A program made the position numbers and the translations under genes. From assembly GCA_030704615.1 (NCBI GenBank), contig CM060734.1, forward strand, positions 27,900,001-27,964,000: a DNA stretch of 64,000 bases, given 5' to 3'. Below, piece by piece: positions 1-10,461 of this stretch. This DNA comes from Takakia lepidozioides (Eukaryota > Plantae > Bryophyta). Numbering within the stretch: the stretch's first letter is position 1; the number at the start of each line of letters is the position of its first letter. The notes under the pieces are model-generated. The model searched no databases. It worked only from the letters and a program-made list of their open reading frames with translations, and was not told the DNA's origin.

Positions 1-119
1 CCTTAGATAAACATGGGGCCCCTGAGGATACCATCCTCTCGTTCTTCACCATAGCTATTTACGGCTCATGTCTCAAATCCCTATCCAAATCCAAACCCCC
101 CGGTCCCGATCTCATCCCC

Positions 120-428
120 AATGCCATACTCCAAGCTCTAGATCCTCATTTTCACTCCCTCTTATTCAAAATTTTCCACCTCTGTTATCGCCTACGACGT
201 ATTCCTCCATCTTGGAAACATAGCCGTACTATCATTCTCTACAAAAAAAAGGGACCCCACAAATCTCGGTAACTACCGCCCTATAGCTTTAGCCAACACC
301 ATACACAAACTCTTCACTAGTACGCTAACCACAATGCTCTCCTGCTATGGAGAGCAGCACAACATTCATACTGACCCCCCAAGAAGGCTTCCGTGCCACT
401 CGTAGTACCACTCGCCAAATACAATATG
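120..428 (+). mobile_element. LINE (non-LTR retrotransposon) reverse transcriptase N-terminal fragment, degenerate
   Basis: Manual translation across frameshifts gives PPSWKHSRTIILYKK-GDPTNLGNYRPIALANTIHKLFTS...QEGFRATRSTTRQ, typical of the first LINE RT motifs. Confidence 0.9.
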
Positions 429-595
429 TCTGTCAAGTTATTTTACCACTAGTGTGAAGTTAGCTAGGAAATAGCTAGCTTTTATATATTGACATTTGGG
501 ATTGACCCAAGTGTCAATCCAGGGGCCAATACATGTTTGGACACCTGGCGTGGTTATCTTCACGGCAGATCGTGGTGGGCTCATCTTTCTCGAGT

Positions 596-683
596 TGAGC
601 CTCACCGCGTCTAGCTATGGCGCCGTAGTGTGGATTCCCCATGGCGTGGGGTGCACTTGGCTCGACTTAATATATGAGTGATG
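596..683. repeat. Dispersed repeat, inverted copy of 9358-9444
   Basis: gagcctcaccgcgtctagctatggcgccgtagtgtggattccccatggcgtggggtgcacttggct is nearly the reverse complement of agccaagtgcaccccacgccatggggaatccacactacggcgccataggtaggcgcggtgaggctc. Confidence 0.9.
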
Positions 684-3374
684 TTTTCATGTGCAAGTGT
701 GTGAGTTTGAGAGAGCTTGTGTGCTTGTATTATTCTCTTATCACTCGAGAAAGATGAGCTCGAGTATGTGAATGCCAGGTTCGAGTTAGTTGTAGCACTT
801 ATGTTTTCAGATCATGAAAAGCGGTTTAGCCTAGAGTGCAGGGATCCGTGCATGAGCCTATCCAAAGCGGATAGAGTGCAAAGGCAAACAGGTTGCAGGT
901 TTGCCATGGATAGAGAGACGGGTAGCCTATGTTGAAGAGCGGCGTTGCATAGCTCAACGCTATGGCAACCAAGTTTGGGCTTTTAGTGTGAAGCGGAGGA
1001 GATGTTGGCCACGAGTGGGGGAACTGGTGGTCGTCTTCTTCAGCTGCAGGCCGAGTTAAGGAGCTGCAGAAATGTGGGCTGCGCATGGAAGCTAGCATGT
1101 TGCAGGTTGGAGATGACATGATCAGCTCCAAGTATTTCTGCCCGAAATCAGTTGTTGCGGGTAGATGAGGAGCAGCCAAATGGTGGAGCTGCGAGGAGAT
1201 GCATCGCAGCCCGTTGGGAGCTTCAGCTCCAAGCTCATGAAGAGGTATGAGTGAAGAGAGGGGGCTGGTCCCTCTTGTGTGCAAATCAGTGCACTTGTGA
1301 AGCATGTGCTAAGTTGGAGTTTCAATCTGAAACTCAGCAGTGTAAGGGCTCTTGGAGTGGCAAGAGCGGGGCTGGAAGGCAGCAACGAGGCGCCCTAGAG
1401 CCAGGGCATATGCATGAGAAGTGCAAGTGCACCAAGTTTGTAAAGGTGTGTATTTTCAGATTCGTTTATGTGAGCTTTATGAAGAAATGGAGCTTGTTGG
1501 GCAGCATATGGCTTGCTTGTTGAGTTGGGGACGCTTCTAGTGGGCCGTGAGAGCTCAGGAGTGCAGGGCGACGGGGCTGATGGCTCCGCAGAAGCCATAG
1601 CTCAGCGGCAGCACGTGCAGGAGCAAACCCCAGCTCGGGGAGAGCTCGGGAACGCATGGGAACTCGTTGGGAGTTCCAGGGAACGCAGGGAATAGTGGCC
1701 GTGATGGGCCGTTGGGGCGGTATCACGAGATACCATGAGCCCAGGTTGTGATGGTTGACCGTGACTGTTGACCATGACCGTTGGAAGTCGTGGTGCGGAC
1801 ACAACGGGTGGGCACGGTGACCAGATCGTGGGATTGGCGGGCCGTGAAGGCTCGTGGCAGTGGTACCACAGGGTATCACGAGGCAGCCCGTGGCCAATGA
1901 GTGCCTAGGGCGGGTCGTGAGGAGTCGTGGCGGTTGGAGCCACGGAAGGCCGCGAACAGGCAGAGTGAAAAAAAATAAAAAATAAAAAATAAAAATCTTT
2001 TTTTCACTCGTTTCGTGGGACCTTGATGGGGAGGCTGGGCTCTGAAGAACAATGGTTTTGAGCTAGCTGATCCGGTAGAAAAGTCGGAATTGCCTCCCTG
2101 TTGCGTTTTAACAAAGGGGATTACTCCCCTGCAGGTAATCTTTTCTGGTTTTCAGCCCAATTCTTAACTATGGGGGAGACCAGCCTGCAGGTAATTCCTT
2201 TGGACAGAATGTTGTTGGGGCCTATATGTACCTCTATTTGCTCCATTTTTGAACCTTCAGCGAATGGTGTGGTTTCCTGAGGTGGTTCCATTCGGAGGAA
2301 TGGCTGGTGGACGTAAGGAGGCACTGGTGGACCCTGTGGAGGCTTGCATGGGGCCTTAGAGGCCAAGTTTCATGAGCTCATGGAGGGCGGTTTGAGGAGT
2401 GTCTACAGGATGCTCTCATGGTCATGCAAGTGAGAGAAAAGAGGAAAAAAAAGGGTGTTGGGATGAGAGTGTGCTGGGGATAGGCATTGCTTTAGTTTCC
2501 CTTCCTCGTAGCTTTCCACCTTCTTTGTAGGCCGAGACCTTTTTGTAGGTGGAGGCAAGAGTCAGTCCGGGTTTGGGCTGGGTTGTAGGAGCGACACTGT
2601 GGAGTTGTTTTGGTGTGGGGGAGTTGTTGTCTTCATTCTTGTGTTTGGATCCCCTCCACACCTGCATGCTTGATTGTGCGCCATGCTAGTTTTGTGTGGG
2701 CGCTTGATTTTATAGGTGGTTGACTCTGGCTTGATCGCCGATCCAACCTAGAGCATGTTGTCGATGGTGAGGTTGGGTTGATAACCAGTCAGACCATCTT
2801 TGTTTCTCCTGTGGTGAGGTTGGAGGTGATGACCAGCCAACCATAGGAGTGCCTGCGGTGGATGCAGGTGCAGGTGCAGGCTATGTTAGGAACCTAGTAT
2901 TTCAAACCATAAGCCGCATCAGGTTCTCTACCCGGATACCTTGTGGAGAGGGGGTTAGAGACATGTTCATGACCGGTTGAATGTCAGTTTGTCAACACGG
3001 AGGTGCCACTAGTTTCTGGGGAAAGTGCCGGTACGAGCACTAGCAATACTAGCGGGTATACGAGACGGGGTGTGCGGTTTAGGCCACCTTCACCTACTGT
3101 GTCTTCTACGGTCCCCGCACCGTCCTCCTCTCCTGACGGTACAAAAAGCCTCTACCCAGGCTTGTTGCACCCGTTGATCAGCAACCCGCTGCAAATCCTT
3201 GCTCGAGCCCCACAATGGAGTGTGAGCAACCATGCCAGGCAACTCCGCCATACCATACATGTCATCCTGCTCTCCCGGAGGTGACACATCCTCTGAATGA
3301 GTGTTGCCATCCAACAACTCTCCAGGCCAAGTCACTGCAGTTGTGAATGCTTCCAGTGTCGGCATCTTGCCTTG

Positions 3375-3893
3375 CTAGGCAACCGCAACTCCTCCTATGA
3401 ACGTCACAGGGAGCTGCACACGCCGGCCCTCCCCTGACTGCCATCTAGGCCTATAGGAAGCTGACTCCCCCCAAAAATCCAGGGTGAAGCCCATGGGGTA
3501 CAACACTGCCCCACCAACAAGGACATCGTATGAGACCGCGTCTGTCACAATGGCCTTGGCTCTCATCACTGAGCCATCAGTAGGATGATCCGGCTGTAGT
3601 CTGATAGCTAACTCATGCCGTGTCATGCCTCGAGCCTGCTCTGATCCTCCCAGAGATGTCTGTATCTGGAAAGGGCACAGCTCCATATCCGCCTCCGTGA
3701 GGCCCAAGCTTGCAATAGCAGCTCTGCTCAGCATCAATGGCTGAGCTCCCGAGTCCAACAAGACTCGCAGTGGCCAATACCTCTTGCCTGCCGGTCCACT
3801 CAAACAAAAAATGTCATCTTGATTGTCTAACATGACAACTCCAGGTGTCACCATGGTGCGCTCAATGGCTGGCCTAGCTGGCAGCTCCATCAA
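3375..3893 (-). pseudogene. Retroviral-type aspartic protease (in inverted segment)
   Basis: RVLLDSGAQPLM catalytic motif and YDVLVGGAVL C-terminal motif. Confidence 0.85.
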
Positions 3894-4365
3894 CCTGGCA
3901 GCTGCAACTTGTCATGGCGCCACCGTGGCAGTCTTGACCCTCACATCCGAGGATCCCTCCGGCACTACACCTCCCACTATCTCCGAAGAAGATGAAGTAA
4001 CCTCCCCACTCTCACAGAGTGTAGCTGCCAGCCTGAACACCTTAGCTGGTCTTACCCTCGGCATCGCAATCATGGTAGCCAAGAACAATGGAGCCTGGCA
4101 CACAGCTGTGGCCGCCCCCAGCAGCACACTAGCTGCCGTAGCCTTGGCAACACTAGGTAGTGGTGCTGCCCGTGTAGCTCTCCCCAATGGCATAGTAACC
4201 TCCGCCTCGGTAACAGTCGGGCAAGAACTAGGTGCCATGGATGGCGTCAACACTGTCTCCGCCAATGTGAATGACCGAGGAAGTCTGGCCTGACGGCTTG
4301 CGCACCCCGTGGCTCAGGAACTCGTGCTACTCCTTGAGTCACTGCCGCAGCTGACTCCACTTGCA

Positions 4366-5783
4366 CTAGTGGTAGTCCTGCCCCGCACATAGTGGTAGTG
4401 GTAGTGGTGCCCCGCACATGAATCCCATGCCTCCCATGTCTCCTCCCTCGGGAGCAGGAGGTGGACCATCCGGCCTTGGAGCCGGTACCACCTGAGCTGT
4501 GGCCATGGCAGCGAGCCTCTGCTCTAGCTGCTGAAGCCGGTTGGCCATGCCTTGGTCACCACCCTGACCTCCGCGTCCTTGGCCATATTGAGCTTGTCCT
4601 TGGCCTGCACCTCGTGCCTGGCCACCTCGTCCTCTCTGGGCTGCTCCACCTCGCCCCCGGCCACCATTGTTCCATTGGAACTGGCCTGGGCGCAATTCAG
4701 GATGCAAACCATAGCACTGGGCTTCTCCATGCCCGTACTTGCCACAATGCCCACACTGCAACTGTGCAGGCTGTGCTGGTGCCAAACCATTACCTCCCTC
4801 TGGGCAATCCTTCTGACATGGGGTCCTCCACATGTCCAGCATACCACATCCGCCTGTTGTTGGCCGGCAAATGAAGGGAGAGACCCCTGCATCTGAGGTC
4901 CTCTTTGTCCTTCCCTGGGCTTTACCTGAGCCCCCTTGTTGCCTTGAGCATGTTGAAGTAATGGCTGGCTAGGAGCACCACTACCCCGTGGTGCCTCATT
5001 AGCAAATCCCACCATGACCACTCGTTCCTCCACCATGTTGAGCTCTATCCGCTCTGCCAGCAAAAACACATTTGCTAAGGTGGGTTGGGCCGCTTGTAGG
5101 AGAGTTGCATCCCGCACCCTTCTCCTTAGCTCCTTGTCCAATATCCCATACCAGAATTGGACTGCCGGAGCCTCCGTAACCCCTTGGGTTACATTAATCA
5201 AGCGCCTCATGCGAGTGAAAGCCTCCCTCAAGCTCTCAGTAGGCTTCCGTTGGAACTCTTGCAAGCTCCTCAACTTCTCTGTCCTCACCCCTTGGTAGTT
5301 CTTTCTCAACTCTTCGAAGAACTCCACAACAGGGTTGAAAGCAGGCACCGCCACTGGTGCTGGTGCAGCAGTAGCTTGGGTGGACGTCATAGTTGTTCTA
5401 CCTCTAGTCCCACTACTGCTCGTGGAAGCTGCTGTTGCTGGTGCAGCTGCCGGTGTGGTTGCTGCCCTTGTGCCTCTAGTGACATAGTCGGGTGACCAAT
5501 ACATCCTCTACTCATCAATCTCAACATCGCGCCCCGGCCTAAACTCATGATAATCATCCATGGGCGGCCCCTCAAGGTGCTGAAACAGCCCCTTCCATGC
5601 CATGAAAGGCATAATCAGTTGTGGATTGCGCATTTGCTGCAAGTCACACCAACTATCAAACTCTTGGATAAAATCATCCAACTCAATGGTGCCCACCGCC
5701 CCAGAGTACCTACGTGGCCCCTTGGTGGCTCCATACATCTCCTCCATTGTGTCCCACAACAATGGCAAGGAAACAACTTGCAC
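4366..5783 (-). pseudogene. Gypsy gag with two zinc knuckles (in inverted segment)
   Basis: ORFs 5508-5783, 4524-5504 and 4366-4842: capsid-like FQRKPTESLREAFTRMRRL; knuckles CWTCGGPH..KDC (frameshifted) and CGHCGKYGHGEAQC. Confidence 0.8.
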
Positions 5784-5880
5784 CGCCGGTGCGAGTCCTC
5801 CTGATTCACAATCCGAATCAGGACCACCTCAGTTGTCTCCATTGGACACCACACCGATCGTATAGCAGTGTCCGGATGAA

Positions 5881-6840
5881 GGCATTTGCCTTCTGGACTT
5901 GTTTGGCGGGATCGGCACCGGATTGACTGATGTTCTACAGGCAGGTGTACAAGTACGGCGGTACTTATATGTAGAGAGGGATAAGACTACATGACGCATC
6001 TCCCTACGCCATGTTGCTCAGTTGGTGCAGTAGTACCCTGAGTTGTTGTCGGTGTCTGCAGTTCGTGGATATCAACAAGCCTTGCCAGCAGACATTTCGT
6101 TGCTGGGGGCGCAGGATTTGGAGCGGGTTGGCTCCATTGATCTGGTAGTGGCAGGTTGGCCCTGCTAAGAGCATTCATCAGCCGGGCATGACAATGGATT
6201 GCGAGACTCGAGGTCGGGTCTGTTTTGGGAGATGGTGCGGGTTTTGCGCCACTTACAGCTTCATCAAGCTGTATCTCCAGCATACATCTTGGAGAATGTG
6301 CCACTGATGGGCGATTCTCGGGCCAGGGTGATGGCCAGTGTGCATCAAGTCTGGTCGTGGCTTGGGTCAGTAGTGTTGCTGGATGCAGCTGCAGTGGGGT
6401 CACGGGCTCATCGTCCACGGTTATGGTGGACTAACTTGATGCCGCCCGCACTACTCAAGCGTGCATTTGATGGGGTGCAGCGGCCAACACATCTCACAGT
6501 GGATAGCATTTTGGACACAGGGAGGCAGTTTCAGTGTGGAAGACACGATGACCGTTCGCCTTTGGCAGTGGTCAACAAGGTGGATCAACCACGAGCAACA
6601 CTACCTACACTGCTCAGCTTCCCAGGATCGCATGCTTCCCGGGATGGTGGACCTAGCCTCCTGTGGGATGCTCAGCTGCAGCAGTTAGTGGAGCCTAATG
6701 TCGACGAGCAAGAGCGGGCTATGGGTTTTTCCACAGGGACCACGGCGGTGCCTTCTCTTTCTGAGGCATCACGTCGTCAGGTGTTGGGGCAAGCGATGGA
6801 TCTCAATTGCTTGACCTGGATTATCAGCTTGGCTATGGCT
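5881..6840 (+). pseudogene. C5 cytosine DNA methyltransferase domain (DNMT3-like), retrotransposon-borne
   Basis: One frame: motif I LLDLFGGIG, motif IV DLVVAGWPC*, LRDSRSGLFWE, motif VI YILENV, motif VIII AHRPRLWWTN, motif IX EQERAMGF, motif X RRQVLGQAM. At least three in-frame stops. Confidence 0.93.
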
Positions 6841-7290
6841 GAGCAATGTAGAGTGCGCAGTGCACTTCCCTTGACGGTCTCTCTGCCTACCGAGACGGTA
6901 TAGGCAGTGAGTGGGGATGAGCCGGTGAAGACCACGGGGTGTAGACATCCATGGCACACGTGGGAGGTGCTCGAGGTTCAGAGGGAGTTGGCAGCCGAGG
7001 CGGCTGTGATGGATGAGGTTGGGGATTCTTCTCGGGTTGAGGAGGTCCTCCAGGATGAGATGATGGGGTAGGATGAGGCCTTGTCATTGACTGAACAGGC
7101 AGGGAGTATTGCTCATGAGGTTGCGGCATAGCAACCACGGGACGCGTCTCCTACCTCTAAGTCTGCTGGACTTAAGGTTGCAGTTAAGGAGGACAATTGG
7201 GAGCCTGACATTGGACCCATTGTCACTGGAGGAGAGAGACGACGTATACGGCGGTTCCTGAGGGCTTACAGGAATTGCTTTGCCTTCAGT

Positions 7291-8200
7291 TTGAAGGATT
7301 TGGGAGCACTGAAGGGTCAGGAGATTCGTATTGAGTTGGCCATGGACACGCCAATCTTTCGGAGACCCTATAGATACAGTGACATGGAGAGGTCTTTGAT
7401 TCAGACGAGGACTCAAGATCTCTGGGAGGCTGGTTTGGTGGAGCTCTCTGGTGGAGAGTATGCTTCAGCCATGGTGATGCCAGCCAAGAAGGATGTCTAT
7501 GGCAATTGGACGGAGAGACGTATGTGCGGTGACTACCGGCCTGTAAATCGTTAGACCAAGTCCGATAAGTATGCCATGCCACACCGGAGGAGATCTTTGA
7601 TGCCATTGGGCATGCCAAGGTCTTTAGCACTTTGGACTTGCGGTCTGGATATTATCAATTGCCGATCAAAGAGGCGGACAAGCAGAAGACGACATTCTGG
7701 GGGATCAATGAGCACGGGAAGAATTGCCTATATCAGTGGCGATTCTTACCATTCAGGCTTAAGAACGCTCCTGCAGAATTCCAGAGAGTCATGGATAGGA
7801 TTCTAGCAGGGGTGGACTTTGCTCGGTGCTACATAGATGACATCATCATCTTTAGTGCTACGGTGGAGGAGCACGAGAGACACCTTCAAATGGTGTTTGA
7901 GCGCTTGAGAGCGCACGGATTGAAATTACATCCGGGGAAGTGCAAGTTCCTCCACAACCAGATTGAGTATCTGGGTCACATGATATCTCCTGGAGGATTG
8001 GGGGTGCAGCAGACTAAGGTAGAGGCTATTGCATAGATTCCACGCCCCACGGATGTGAGCCGAGTTCGAGCTTTCATGGGGTTGGCAAACTACTATAGAC
8101 GGTTTGTCAAGGGATTTAGTGCTATTGCAAAGGCTCCAACCAAGCTAACCAAGGTAGACCAGGAGTGGCAGTGAGAAGATGAGTAAGAGTAAGCTTTTCA
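7291..8200 (+). pseudogene. Gypsy reverse transcriptase
   Basis: PIFRRPYRYS, RRMCGDYRPVN, LDLRSGYYQL, LKNAPAEFQR, CYIDDIII, KCKF..IEYLGH; frameshift near 7585 and several stops. Confidence 0.95.
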
Positions 8201-8216
8201 GGAGCTTAAGGCGAGG

Positions 8217-8617
8217 TTGACCTCGGCGCCCATCTTGAGACAACCTATCAGGGGGCGTCCCTTTCAGCTGCATACAGATTGGAGCATGCTGGGGTTTGGA
8301 GCGGTTCTCACACAGGTGGATGATGAGGGAAGAGAGTTCATAGTGGCTTATGCTAGCCGCTCGAACAACGCTGCAGAGTCTAAGTATAACTCATATGAGG
8401 GGGAGTGCTTAGCTGCAGTGTGGGCCATGACACACTTCAGGTGCTATCTATACGGCAATCTCTTCACCCTTGTCACGGATCACCAGCCACTCAAGTGGTT
8501 GATGGAGTCAGACAAGCTTACAGGGAAGCTTGCACGGTGGGCACTTATACTCCAAGAGTATGACTTTCAGGTTGTGCATCGACCGGGTTTGGTCAATAGG
8601 GATGCAAATGGATTGAG
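8217..8617 (+). pseudogene. Gypsy RNase H
   Basis: FQLHTDWS, IVAYASR, YEGECLAAVWA, LVTDHQPLKWL, LARWALILQEYDFQVVHRPG..NRDANGLS. Confidence 0.95.
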
Positions 8618-9125
8618 TTACACCTACCTAGGCATACAACTAGGCATACAACCCTCTCTCACTTGGCACCAACAAAAATCCACTACAATCACTAAATTGA
8701 CTGACAGAAGTACGGCCCTCCTCAAATCCCCGGTATCCATCCGTCCCAAACTCTCCCTCATTCAAACCGTACTCAAGCCACAAGTCCAATACTTTTTCCA
8801 CGCAGCCCCCTTCTCCCAGATCTCAAATTAATTGACAAACACTTCATCCAGCTCACTAAACGCATTTGCGGCCTACCCACCAGCACCCCCAATGCTCTTA
8901 CCCAACTCCCCACCGACAACTTTGGCATAGGTACTATCCCGCTACTTACCTCCTATGCCCGCACCCTGGGCCAGCAACTTCAAGAAGCCCTCAATGACCC
9001 TGGCCGGCTAGGCCTTATCTATAGAGGTCTCATTCAATTCCTAGCTACCAAATATAACGGCCTCCACTCCCTACCCACCCTCCACCCCCAATCTTGCCTC
9101 CACTCTCCTACCACTAGAACCCTTG
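8618..9125 (+). mobile_element. LINE ORF2 fragment (end of RT and thumb region)
   Basis: YTYLGIQL..LTWH..LLKSPVSIRPKLSLIQTVLKPQVQYFFHAAPFS; clearly homologous to 42060-42570. Confidence 0.9.
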
Positions 9126-9357
9126 TCGTTTACATACATATCGCTACACAACTACATCGCTGTCCAAAACCACACAACACATGTGCACACCACACACTAG
9201 TATACCACTAGTCCAACCACTAGTCCAACCACTAGGCTACAACTAGTCAGTCACTAGGCTGCCCACTATGGCAGTCACTAGTCCACACAATGATAAAGAA
9301 GAAGAATACAAGCACGAGCTCACAAATCTGAAGCATAAACTCATGCATATATAACCT

Positions 9358-9444
9358 CATCACTCAAATACAAGTCAAGCCAAGTGCACCCCACGCCATG
9401 GGGAATCCACACTACGGCGCCATAGGTAGGCGCGGTGAGGCTCA
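9358..9444. repeat. Dispersed repeat, inverted copy of 596-683, cut by the Mutator-like terminus at 9445
   Basis: Reverse-complement match to 596-683 stops where GGGATGCC... begins. Confidence 0.85.
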
Positions 9445-10461
9445 GGGATGCCTCGGCGTGAGCCTGGTCACGTGAGCGCGACTGCGCTCACGCCACGTCA
9501 CCTTGCGCAAATGCCACGTCACGGGGCTCAGTCCACGTCATCACACGTGGAGGCCGAGTCACCACGCACCCAGAAAGAAGTGGAGTGTATTCCCGCGGAT
9601 TGGCACCCTTTACCGCGGAAACAAGCTGGACGACATAATAAAAGGCATTGAATAAATGATGGATGAATGTACAGTTGGATGATAAACAGATGGATGAGTT
9701 TGAAAAATCTATGTAGATGGATGAATGACGGATGGATAAGAGTAAAATGGATGAATGTATAATGGATGTTGAGCAATGACAAAAATTCATGACAGGAAGA
9801 TGCATGACCAAATCTTTTGACGAATGCACAAAGTATATGAAATGAGTGTGGAAGGTTTGTGGGGTGGATTAAAGAGTACAGAGGATGAATGTACAATGGA
9901 TGTTGTACAAAGGAAGCTTTCATGAATGGAGCACGCATGAATACAGTGTAGATGAATGCACAATGGATATGAGAAGAGTCAGGAAGGTTTGTGAGATGGA
10001 TTCATACATATAGCAATTTAAACGAAAGTTGATTCTGTGATTATTATTTGTTCTAAAGGAACAACTACGGTAGAGTAAGGGGATTCAACGTTTTCCAGAT
10101 AATATGAAAATGAATATTAAAAGAATACAGTTCAGTCTGACTCAGAGTCAGTACAATGTATCCCCTCTTCCTCTGCATCTAAGTCTAAGTATTTTAGAAC
10201 ACCGGATCCACGCTGGATACACCTACGGCTGGCCACTAAAAAGTCAGGGGATAGGGACTCGGACGCGTGAAGTGCCATTGCTTCGGCATAAACAGGGAGC
10301 AGAAAATTGGAAAGGGGGCTGTCGAAAACAGACTCGCCAGAAATGACTGTATCTCCTGAAGATCCACCGCTGGCTTTCCTGAAAGACAGCCTGAAAAAGT
10401 TATTACTGTAACTTTGATGTTATCGAGAAATTGAGTATGACTCCCAAAGAGGGTTTAGCAC

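Larger units (their letters stand above)
2922..8617 (+). mobile_element. Ty3/Gypsy LTR retrotransposon internal region carrying a C5 DNA methyltransferase; internally inverted, 3' truncated (no integrase or 3' LTR)
   Basis: gag + zinc knuckles + protease (inverted, 3137-5785), then DNMT, RT (YIDD) and RNase H on the + strand. Many stops and frameshifts. Left boundary approximate. Confidence 0.85.

Noticed and set aside
496-2667. Short ORFs in the track here, and antisense ORFs over TE genes elsewhere
   Set aside because: No recognisable motifs; consistent with chance or shadow ORFs
2860-2940. Collapsed LTR plus tRNA-Gln-like PBS (aggttctctacccggat)
   Set aside because: Lacks TGG, needs a gap to match, and has no second LTR to confirm
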